Sequence record: NC_100327.1
Length of the DNA: 64,000 bases
Strand: one strand, 5' to 3'
From: a phage
The position numbers and the translations under genes were made by a program. The first letter of the stretch is position 1, and each line of letters opens with the position of its first letter. Positions 30,629 through 37,834 of the stretch are shown here, piece after piece. Below the pieces are notes generated by a model. It made no database searches. It had not been told where the DNA came from and saw nothing but the letters and a program-made list of their open reading frames with translations.

Positions 30629-30898
30629 TTATCGAGGCACTCGGTGGATGATTCTAACAGTAACTGCATTTTCATTCATCAAGTATGCATCTACATCTCT
30701 GTAAATATAAAACTTCTGCTCACTATCAACAACACAAGCTACCGCCCCTTCAGAGTTGTCTTCAAAAAAGACCACCACTGCATCGCAGCTGAGTTCATGA
30801 TATGACTCTCGAAGATTTACAGCCAGAGGATTGAAATCGTCACGAAAATCTACGGTATGGGTTGGATTTACACGCTCTACAATTTTAAGTGTATACAT
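30629..30898 (-). CDS. hypothetical protein
   Basis: Track ORF 30629..30988 trimmed to the internal Met (MYTLKIV...) because its N-terminal extension overlaps tRNA-Pro. Confidence 0.3.
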   Translation of the reverse strand: MYTLKIVERVNPTHTVDFRDDFNPLAVNLRESYHELSCDAVVVFFEDNSEGAVACVVDSEQKFYIYRDVDAYLMNENAVTVRIIHRVPR

Positions 30899-30944
30899 TT
30901 TAAAGGTTCCTTTTGTTTGTATATGTTTAAAGTATAACTGAAAG

Positions 30945-31021
30945 TGGTCTCCACGGAGTGATTCGAACACTCGACCTCCTGATCCCAAATCAGGCGCTCT
31001 ACCAAGCTGAGCTACGCGGAG
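30945..31021 (-). tRNA. tRNA-Pro (anticodon UGG)
   Basis: Manual fold: acceptor CTCCGCG/CGTGGAG with C1-G72, anticodon loop TTTGGGA, T-loop TTCGAAT, encoded CCA. Confidence 0.8.
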
Positions 31022-31032
31022 TATTTATTATT

Positions 31033-31107
31033 TGGTGGCCCTGGGTGGAATTGAACCACCGTCTGGCGATTATGAGTCGCTTGCTTGAACCTTCCAGCTA
31101 CAGGGCC
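31033..31107 (-). tRNA. tRNA-Met (anticodon CAU; could be Ile-lysidine type)
   Basis: Acceptor GGCCCTG/CAGGGCC, anticodon loop CTCATAA, T-loop TTCAATT, encoded CCA. Confidence 0.7.
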
Positions 31108-31108
31108 A

Positions 31109-31184
31109 TGGTGCTGATGGCAGGACTTGAACCCGCAACCTATTGATTACAAATCAATTGCACTACCGATTGTGCTACATCAGC
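31109..31184 (-). tRNA. tRNA-Thr (anticodon UGU)
   Basis: Acceptor GCTGATG/CATCAGC, anticodon loop TTTGTAA, T-loop TTCAAGT, encoded CCA. Confidence 0.8.
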
Positions 31185-31189
31185 AAAAA

Positions 31190-31288
31190 GGTGCTAGGTG
31201 ATGGAATCGAACCACCTATGTATTCAACGACTACCTCGTCTATTTTCAGGATTAAAAATCCTCGCCCTTGCCAAAGGGCTTACCTAGC
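31190..31288 (-). ncRNA. non-canonical tRNA-like RNA (99 nt; identity unresolved)
   Basis: 7-bp acceptor-like helix GCTAGGT/ACCTAGC, D-like hairpin, canonical T-arm (GGTGG TTCGATT CCATC), but ~20 nt too long with a GGATT-TTT-AATCC hairpin in place of a normal anticodon arm. Confidence 0.4.
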
Positions 31289-31295
31289 TCAGTAT

Positions 31296-31382
31296 GTTGA
31301 CCATGTTGCTAGTCGGCGATGACGACTGTAACATTTGATAATCCGGTTCTGCTTCCGACTTTCGCTTAATTACAAGGTCAAC
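31296..31382 (-). ncRNA. structured small RNA candidate closed by a 7-bp terminal helix (not a canonical tRNA)
   Basis: GTTGACC...GGTCAAC terminal inverted repeat with internal hairpins (AGTCG-N7-CGACT); sits inside the tRNA operon between the element above and tRNA-Ser. Confidence 0.3.
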
Positions 31383-31386
31383 AATG

Positions 31387-31477
31387 TGGCGGAGAGTAAT
31401 GGAATCGAACCATCATCGAGTCATCCTCAACGGGACGGTTTTCAAGACCGCTTGAGCACCATTGCTCCCTACCCTCC
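31387..31477 (-). tRNA. tRNA-Ser (anticodon UGA), class II with long variable arm
   Basis: Anticodon arm CGGTCTTGAAAACCG, long variable arm, T-loop TTCGATT, encoded CCA; 91 nt. Confidence 0.75.
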
Positions 31478-31591
31478 TTTATAAATTATACTGATAATGA
31501 CACTGATTTTCGAGCAGTTAGTGACTAGTATAAACGACGATAAATATCAATGCCATTATCTGTATTATTTATGCATCTAAAAATATAAATT

Positions 31592-31678
31592 TGGTGGGGA
31601 GTGGTGGAGTCGAACCACCCGAGTCGCAATGACAATAGATTTACAGTCTACACCGCTACCTCTACGGGATAACTCCCC
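31592..31678 (-). tRNA. tRNA-Tyr (anticodon GUA), class II
   Basis: Anticodon arm GTAGACTGTAAATCTAT, long variable arm, T-loop TTCGACT, encoded CCA; 87 nt. Confidence 0.8.
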
Positions 31679-31682
31679 AATT

Positions 31683-31757
31683 TGGCACCCCGTACTGGAC
31701 TCGAACCAGTGTCAACGGCTTAGAAGGCCGCTGCTTTATCCACTAAGCTAACAGGGC
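31683..31757 (-). tRNA. tRNA-Arg (anticodon UCU)
   Basis: D-arm GCTTAGTGGATAAAGC, anticodon loop CTTCTAA, T-loop TTCGAGT, encoded CCA; acceptor has two G-U pairs. Confidence 0.75.
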
Positions 31758-31815
31758 ACTGGGTGGCTTTCTTTTACACCTTAGCCGCCAGAAAAGGTGG
31801 GAGACCATGTTTACA

Positions 31816-31844
31816 ATATTACACTGTTAAGCAAAGTTTGTCAA
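31816..31844 (-). promoter_or_regulatory. sigma70-like promoter candidate for the tRNA operon
   Basis: Minus strand TTGACA (31844-31839), 17-nt spacer, TAATAT (31821-31816), about 55 nt upstream of tRNA-Arg. Confidence 0.45.
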
Positions 31845-31853
31845 GAAAATATT

Positions 31854-32192
31854 TTAGCTATTGCTAACAGGTTGTATTTCTGTGGTAAATGGCATAAAAG
31901 GTGCTGGTTTTTCAGCCTCTTCTACTACCACCTCTTCCTCTTCACCAAACATCTCATCATATTCTTCCTGCATTCGGTCTGCCTTATCAAGAACATACTC
32001 TGCAATGCTTTGACGAATATTTTGTTTGGTTTTCGGGTCCAACATCAGCTCTCTTAGAACTTTGTGAGCTTCTGGAACCATCGCTATAAAAGATTCCTTC
32101 ATATCGAGGATGTTCTTCTCTAGCTGAATGGCGTTGGACTCCTCTTTCAGAGGTCTGCCTCTACGGCGACGCTTTTTAGTTGTATCCGCCAT
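31854..32192 (-). CDS. hypothetical small protein with basic AT-hook-like N-terminus and acidic C-terminus
   Basis: Track ORF trimmed to MADTTKKRRRRGRP...; upstream part of the track ORF overlaps a GC-rich structured non-coding region. Confidence 0.35.
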   Translation of the reverse strand: MADTTKKRRRRGRPLKEESNAIQLEKNILDMKESFIAMVPEAHKVLRELMLDPKTKQNIRQSIAEYVLDKADRMQEEYDEMFGEEEEVVVEEAEKPAPFMPFTTEIQPVSNS

Positions 32193-32540
32193 GTTTCCTC
32201 CATTATCACGTGATAGGTGGATTTTATCATAGCAAATACTGATTGTCAAGTTCGCCGCAGGGTGGTATTCCCTGCGACTTGTCCAGCGTCCTGGACCAGC
32301 AAGACCCAACAAGTGGGTTTTCCAGCTATACCCATTACCGCGCACAGGCTCGACCTTATTACAGGTTGGCTGGGGTCACATCGTCATGTGCTGGCTGCCC
32401 CTACCATTTTAAGTGTGGTGCACTATCAAGCCCTCTAAGGGGAACTCAGTCTTCTCCGAACCCTGTTTCAAAGCATCCAGAGATAAAGCCATCAAATTCA
32501 TCTTTAAATTGGATATTCATCATGATACACGAAAACAACC

Positions 32541-32783
32541 TCATTGTAAAGCACAAATAAATAAAACATACTTAATTTGTTTGTTATCAGGCTCAGGGTA
32601 GAAGTAGAAGATCTTGCTATCACCGATCTGAACACCACCATCCCAACAACATAGCCCATAACCTGTATTCATACAAGCTAAGTCGTTGGCAAAATCTATT
32701 GCATCATCCAGTGCACGAAATTCACCTTCATCTTCTAAATAATCCTCATTCATGGAACGAAAAACGAGCTTAACCTTAAACAT
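32541..32783 (-). CDS. hypothetical protein
   Basis: 80-aa ORF in the minus-strand operon. Confidence 0.3.
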   Translation of the reverse strand: MFKVKLVFRSMNEDYLEDEGEFRALDDAIDFANDLACMNTGYGLCCWDGGVQIGDSKIFYFYPEPDNKQIKYVLFICALQ

Positions 32784-32859
32784 AGCATTACCTGTAGACC
32801 TCGTAAGTTAAAATTGCATCACATCATATTGCAGATCTTATCAGGTAACACTATTTTTG

Positions 32860-33069
32860 TCAACAGATTCCGGCCTTATCCTTCCTGTCTGCGTATTCTT
32901 TAATCGCAACCTCATCTGCATTAGTGACCAGGTCTTCAAAGTAACTCTCAAGCTCCTCGTCAATGTCAGGAGACCAGCTCTTTTTCCTGTCAGTGTGAAT
33001 TGCAGACTTGTTGAACTTATTACAGTTCTTTGCTACCGGGTTGTTCATTAAGCGCTCCTCAGCGTTCAT
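32860..33069 (-). CDS. hypothetical protein
   Basis: 69-aa ORF overlapping the stop of the upstream gene. Confidence 0.3.
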   Translation of the reverse strand: MNAEERLMNNPVAKNCNKFNKSAIHTDRKKSWSPDIDEELESYFEDLVTNADEVAIKEYADRKDKAGIC

Positions 33070-33637
33070 AGTAAATTTTATTTAACATTACCTCATCTTT
33101 TGCAGAAAGAATACCGAGATATGCATCACCGAATCTACCTGCAACAACCTCTGCATGATACATCACTTCGTTAATATCGTCAAGAGTGATAACTGGATGA
33201 CCGTATCTCTCTGAGTATTGTCTCAGAGTGCGATGTAGAGAGTCATCATCATAGGCAGACTTTTTAATATCACAAACACGACGAATAGCCTTGATGTCGA
33301 AAAAACCTGTGCGATACCACCCAAGAAAAAGGTTTCGTGCAGTGTCAACATCTACATTGATACCATCAAGAACCTTATCTACAAGATAGCTGTCATCCTT
33401 TGGACCAGCGTCCTTAGTGCGAATGTAGTTGCCATCTTTTCCAGGCGACATCTCCTTCTCATCCCCAACCTGCATGCCATCATTTGGCGGTGTTAGCCAC
33501 TTATCCGGATGCTTACGATCACGAGCGTTAGAATGATTACGCTGGAAACCGGGCTTCCACTTGAAAGTTTTCTCCATCTGTTCTTCATTCTGATAACGTT
33601 TTGCAATCTTTTCACGGTCATCTTTGCGTGAACCCAT
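33059..33637 (-). CDS. hypothetical protein (first gene of the minus-strand late operon)
   Basis: 192-aa ORF immediately downstream of the large non-coding block. Confidence 0.35.
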   Translation of the reverse strand: MGSRKDDREKIAKRYQNEEQMEKTFKWKPGFQRNHSNARDRKHPDKWLTPPNDGMQVGDEKEMSPGKDGNYIRTKDAGPKDDSYLVDKVLDGINVDVDTARNLFLGWYRTGFFDIKAIRRVCDIKKSAYDDDSLHRTLRQYSERYGHPVITLDDINEVMYHAEVVAGRFGDAYLGILSAKDEVMLNKIYYER

Positions 33638-34140
33638 AGCTGCCTCCTCTTCAAGTTATAGAAAAACTCACTGTATCGCTTTGTAACGAGCTTTTCTATC
33701 AAACTGGTGCGATTGCATTACCTGGTATAGTTTATATAGCTGTGGAGCGATTTAGGGGCCTTCTTGTCAGTTTCCACACATAAACTTCATCCAAGCTCGC
33801 GCGGGAGACTCTCAACCGACTCCTTACGGCGCTGGCAAGCTTTCGTCGGTGGTCCACATCAGTGCTCGGCCTTTGGCCTGCGCTATCGCTTCGCTCCCAC
33901 ACATGTTAACAGACCTGCATGTATGAACTTCTGTTATTGTGTGCACCAAGGAGGCCCGGCATCTCGCCCCTCGTAGGCGAGTGCCAATGAAGGGCCGACA
34001 CTGCCCATAGTAAGTAATAAATTTAAAACATGGTACTTAGGATCTAGTATATTCTACATAAGTTAAGTATATGTACTTAGTACCATAAGTACTAGATCTT
34101 TTATTTTTTATTATTTAGTTATTTTAGTTATATTCTTTAT

Positions 34141-34250
34141 GTGTCCGTATCACGGACAGTTAGTGTCCGTATTACGGGCAGATGTGTCCGCGTGACGGAC
34201 AGTAGTGTCCGTATCACGGACAGTTAATAGTATCCGTTCCATGACGAACA
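34141..34250. repeat. array of palindromic iteron-like repeats (TGTCCGT-N3-ACGGACA) with ~21-bp phasing
   Basis: Copies at 34143-34159, 34165-34181, 34185-34201 and 34206-34222, plus a degenerate copy at 34231-34250; adjacent AT-rich tract at 34085-34140. Confidence 0.6.
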
Positions 34251-34297
34251 TAAAACATACGAATCCTTATAGTACAGATATTTAAGTTTTTACTGGT

Positions 34298-34648
34298 CTA
34301 ACCAGTTGTTGACATCCGAATAACTTCTTCTGGTGGCAAAACTTTGGAAAATGTGCATCTTTTACCTCTCCCTTGTGTGGATGTTTCAACCACTCCTGCA
34401 CATTCTAAAGTTTTAACGCACGCTGCTGCTTTTGTTTTCTTTATCCCAACATCTGCTGCAATTTTCCTTGTGCTTGGTGTGAAGCGTGAATTTCCTCCAA
34501 GCTTATACCAGTTGTGCAGGTAGCAGTATACGATCTTGTCATACAAGTCAAGAACAACAACCTCCCCAGTTGTGTCATTCAAAACTTTTGACATAGATAG
34601 TATTTCAAGGGGGACTTTAAGATATAGCAGCTTATCCCCATCTTTCAT
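34298..34648 (-). CDS. putative helix-turn-helix DNA-binding protein
   Basis: 116-aa ORF; RKIAADVGIKKTKAAACVKTLECAGVVE segment looks like an HTH; gene ends ~50 bp from the iteron array. Confidence 0.35.
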   Translation of the reverse strand: MKDGDKLLYLKVPLEILSMSKVLNDTTGEVVVLDLYDKIVYCYLHNWYKLGGNSRFTPSTRKIAADVGIKKTKAAACVKTLECAGVVETSTQGRGKRCTFSKVLPPEEVIRMSTTG

Positions 34649-34695
34649 ATCTCCTGATTCTCCTTGTGTGGCAATTTTCTTTAAAATAGCAGGGA

Positions 34696-35250
34696 TTACT
34701 CCCTGCTGTCAATATCAAAACTCATTGCAATACGGTATGCCTCTTCTAATGGTAAGAGTCTCCCCCACACATCCCAACCGACATCAAGCTGCCTGCCAAA
34801 CAACTGTTGTGTGGTTCCGTGAGCATGACCGAACAGTTGGACTGATCCGTGAGGCTTTCTGTTCCACTTTGCAAACTGGTAATGGCTCATACAGATCAAA
34901 TTCTTGTTGTGGCGAAGCTCGTAATAATCTACAACCTCATGACCGAACTCTTTCATAATTCTGACAGTCGTCCTTGTGTCATGGTTGCCACGAACAAGAA
35001 TAATATGTCCGTTCAACATATTTAGAATATCTGGAAGTAAGTTGTTGATATTCTTATCATTAGTGCACGCAATATCTCCCAAGTGGAACACAGTGTCTGC
35101 AGGTGACACAACAGAGTTCCACTCGGCGATGATTCCCGCATTCATACTGTCAAGATTGTGATCATACTGAGATCTGTGTTTTTGACATGAATCAAACTCC
35201 ATGACCCGCTGGTGGAGAAAGTGTGTGTCGCTTGTTACAAAGTATTTCAT
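34696..35250 (-). CDS. calcineurin-like metallophosphoesterase (putative 2',3'/3'-phosphatase partner of the kinase)
   Basis: Motifs DTHF, GDIA and GNHD; start placed at MKYFVTSDTHF (ATG 35250, GAGGA RBS) rather than the track start, which overlaps the kinase gene. Confidence 0.6.
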   Translation of the reverse strand: MKYFVTSDTHFLHQRVMEFDSCQKHRSQYDHNLDSMNAGIIAEWNSVVSPADTVFHLGDIACTNDKNINNLLPDILNMLNGHIILVRGNHDTRTTVRIMKEFGHEVVDYYELRHNKNLICMSHYQFAKWNRKPHGSVQLFGHAHGTTQQLFGRQLDVGWDVWGRLLPLEEAYRIAMSFDIDSRE

Positions 35251-35257
35251 ACATTCC

Positions 35258-35668
35258 TCATTTAAGTTTAATGCAGTTTTTAAGCTGGCGTTCCATACGA
35301 TCCACAACCTTGTCTGGAACATCATGAATGCTTTTATTACCGTGGCGGTTTTCAACCACGATCACGGTATAACTATACCCATGACTGATTGCCATGTCAA
35401 CATATTCCTGCACATGTTTTTCTTTTGTAAACGTATTACTTACCACGATACGGTCGTATCCCATACGCATCATATCTTCTACGTTATCTTTGCACCATTT
35501 TGCTGCGAGTGTTACTTTACTTGCATCCCAGTTGTAATTGCCGTCATCGTCATACCAGAACATGTCGTTCTCAAAATGTGGATACAGACCCTCTAAAGAT
35601 AGCGCATTTGCCAGTGTTGATTTGCCAGACCCTGGTAGACCACGCACGATATATAGCATTTTAGACAT
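35258..35668 (-). CDS. polynucleotide 5'-kinase (P-loop kinase domain, T4 Pnk N-terminal-like)
   Basis: Start at ATG 35668 with GGAGGG RBS; Walker A GLPGSGKST; size and motifs resemble the kinase half of T4 Pnk. Confidence 0.6.
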   Translation of the reverse strand: MSKMLYIVRGLPGSGKSTLANALSLEGLYPHFENDMFWYDDDGNYNWDASKVTLAAKWCKDNVEDMMRMGYDRIVVSNTFTKEKHVQEYVDMAISHGYSYTVIVVENRHGNKSIHDVPDKVVDRMERQLKNCIKLK

Positions 35669-35768
35669 AGTGACCCTCCGTTTTAATTTCAACGGTAGTA
35701 TACCTAACTGTTTTGTTAATTTCAAGTGTTGACACTAGGTTATTTGTGTGGCAGGATAGACTGACAAA

Positions 35769-36704
35769 ATGACAAATGAGGAACATATAATGAAGTATTT
35801 TAATGCAGACGACCTAGTTGACAAAGGTCTTGTAACCAGTAGGTATTACCCAGATCTCGGGTTAAAGATCTATAAATATGCTAGAAAAGTATTTTACAAC
35901 AATTTATGGCATTTGTCCCCTCGTTTACTGGAGTGCCGAGGCATTGTTGTAGGTAATGAAGGAAATGTTGTGGCATGGCCCTTCACAAAAGTGTTTAACT
36001 TGGGAGAAAACTCCACCAACCTGCCTGACAATAAGCTTGTGACTGCGGTAGAGAAAAAGAACGGATTCCTTGGTGTGGTATCATCTCATAAAGGTGACCT
36101 ATTGTTCTCAACAACCGGGTCTCTTGATTCTCCATATTGTAACCTTGCAAAGGAAACCATCCAAGAGCAATGTGGTAATTTAGATCTTATCAAGAAGGTT
36201 ATGGGCAATGAAAACATGACATTCATGTTTGAAATTTGTCACCCTTCAGATCCGCATATTGTTCAAGAAGACCATGGCGCATATTTGATAGGTTGCAGAT
36301 ATAATGATTCTGGAATAATGCTACCAGAAGCCGCTTTAGATGGGATTGCCAAATACCTTGGTGCAAAACGTCCTCACACTGTGCGTGAAATTCCGTTCAG
36401 CTATGCAAAAGAGTTAGCTGCAGAAACAAGAGGTGAAGGATATATGATTCGTAAGCCTTACTACCCTTATGATCTGCAGTTGAAGATCAAGTCTCCATAC
36501 TATCTGGCACGAAAGGCCGTAATGAGGGGTAAAGCTTGGAAGATTTGGGATGATGATATCTTTAAACGTGTTGACGAAGAGTTTTACGGCATGGTAAACT
36601 TCATTCGTAACAACTACACAGAGGATGTATGGAACTGCCTCCTGGAGCAGGAACGCCGTGAGATACTTGACTGCTATTTCCACAACGAGGACTATATGCA
36701 ATGA
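35769..36704 (+). CDS. RNA ligase 1 (T4 RnlA-like)
   Basis: Conserved blocks shared with T4 Rnl1 as I recall them (LLECRGIVV, KVFNLGEN, nucleotidyl-transferase lysine motif EKKNGFLG); sits opposite the kinase/phosphatase genes. Confidence 0.6.
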   Translation: MTNEEHIMKYFNADDLVDKGLVTSRYYPDLGLKIYKYARKVFYNNLWHLSPRLLECRGIVVGNEGNVVAWPFTKVFNLGENSTNLPDNKLVTAVEKKNGFLGVVSSHKGDLLFSTTGSLDSPYCNLAKETIQEQCGNLDLIKKVMGNENMTFMFEICHPSDPHIVQEDHGAYLIGCRYNDSGIMLPEAALDGIAKYLGAKRPHTVREIPFSYAKELAAETRGEGYMIRKPYYPYDLQLKIKSPYYLARKAVMRGKAWKIWDDDIFKRVDEEFYGMVNFIRNNYTEDVWNCLLEQERREILDCYFHNEDYMQ

Positions 36705-37051
36705 AGAAGTTGATTGTGTGGCTGGATGACTTGAGAGATCCGTCAAATTACGAGCTCCAAGACGCTGTTTGGCTAAAGAATTCCTCCGAGTTTATAGATT
36801 TTATTAACGATAATAGAAAGCTCTACAGACGCGTTTCTGAGTGGCACATGGACAACGACCTTGGAGAGTTGTTCGAAGGGTACGATTGCCTATCTATGTT
36901 GGAGGAAAAATTTGTATTTGGTAAGCCCCCTGTAGTTGACAACGTGAAGATTTTCGTGCATACTTCTAACCCATCAGCGGCTCGTAAATTCATGCTTGCA
37001 GCTGACTCGTTTAAAAAGTTTGGAATAGAGATTAAACAAAACATCTACTGA
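36701..37051 (+). CDS. hypothetical protein, small Rossmann/receiver-like fold
   Basis: 116-aa ORF translationally coupled between the RNA ligase and the Sir2-like gene. Confidence 0.3.
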   Translation: MKKLIVWLDDLRDPSNYELQDAVWLKNSSEFIDFINDNRKLYRRVSEWHMDNDLGELFEGYDCLSMLEEKFVFGKPPVVDNVKIFVHTSNPSAARKFMLAADSFKKFGIEIKQNIY

Positions 37052-37059
37052 GGACACTT

Positions 37060-37821
37060 ATGCGACGACTGATTATTATCTCCGGTGCTGGTTTGAGCGC
37101 TGAATCTGGTATTCCCACTTTCCGATCTGGTAGCACTGCAATGTGGGAGAATTTCAGCATCGATGAGGTGTGCAACATCCACACCTTTGCCAAGAACTAC
37201 TACAAGGTGCATGACTTTTACAATGCACGTCGTGTAGCTCTAGGCGGTGTTGAGCCTAACCTTGCACATCTTCGGATCGCTGAGTGGTATTCCCGCTGGT
37301 CTGGTCGTGTGATCAACCTTACCACCAATGTAGATGATTTGCTGGAGCGTGCGGGTGTAAAACATGAAGATATTTTACATGTTCACGGGTATTTGCCAGA
37401 AATAGTCTATGAGGACGACGAAGGAAGTAACGTCATTAAGGACATTGGATACTCTGAGGTAGATGCAGGAAAGTATACCTGGGTTAAGCCTAATGTGGTG
37501 TTCTTCGGAGAAGTAGCTCCGAAGTATACAGACATGTATGACCTGTTGACTTCTCTTACGAGTAATGATATGGTTATCCTTGTAGGGTGTTCCAACACAG
37601 TTATCAATTTTAACTGGGAGCTATTCCCTGCCTGCAATAAGGGAACCAAACTGCTGATCGTTAACAAATACGACTCACAGCAGCTAGGGGAGAATGGTAT
37701 TTCACGTAGTGATATTTACCAATATGAGGATCGCGGCATCCCAGTTTGGTTTAACGGGGCGGTTGATGCTTTCTCTGATAAAACATTCATTGAGACCGTA
37801 GAAAACTTTATGGAACTTTAA
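37060..37821 (+). CDS. Sir2-family (sirtuin-like) NAD-dependent protein
   Basis: Sirtuin motifs GAGLSAESGIPTFR, TTNVD, HVHG and VVFFGE; 253 aa. Confidence 0.65.
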   Translation: MRRLIIISGAGLSAESGIPTFRSGSTAMWENFSIDEVCNIHTFAKNYYKVHDFYNARRVALGGVEPNLAHLRIAEWYSRWSGRVINLTTNVDDLLERAGVKHEDILHVHGYLPEIVYEDDEGSNVIKDIGYSEVDAGKYTWVKPNVVFFGEVAPKYTDMYDLLTSLTSNDMVILVGCSNTVINFNWELFPACNKGTKLLIVNKYDSQQLGENGISRSDIYQYEDRGIPVWFNGAVDAFSDKTFIETVENFMEL

Positions 37822-37834
37822 AAGGAGACCTTTA

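Noticed and set aside
30899-30988. N-terminal 30 codons of track ORF 30629..30988.
   Set aside because: This extension overlaps tRNA-Pro (30945..31021) on the same strand; an internal Met at 30898 gives a non-overlapping gene.
31190-31288. Reading the 99-nt tRNA-like element as a suppressor or Lys tRNA (loop TTTTTAA).
   Set aside because: The putative anticodon stem has only four pairs in that register, or forms a 5-6 bp hairpin with a 3-5 nt loop, and the molecule is ~20 nt longer than any class II tRNA; isotype cannot be assigned responsibly.
33764-33976. 70-aa plus-strand ORF in the GC-rich non-coding block.
   Set aside because: Arg/Ser/Pro-rich junk-like translation, no ribosome-binding site, opposite strand to all neighbours; the region is better explained as structured non-coding DNA/RNA.
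34141-34250. CRISPR array interpretation of the repeat cluster.
   Set aside because: Repeats are 17-bp palindromes separated by only 3-5 bp with no spacer-length unique sequences and no cas genes; more consistent with iterons or operators.
36414-36746. Minus-strand ORFs antisense to the plus-strand metabolic genes (e.g. 36414..36746, 39817..40371, 50140..50442, 53168..53428, 60866..61156).
   Set aside because: They are embedded in well-supported plus-strand genes (RNA ligase, DNA ligase, ThyX, NrdA, ClpP-like) and lack start signals.
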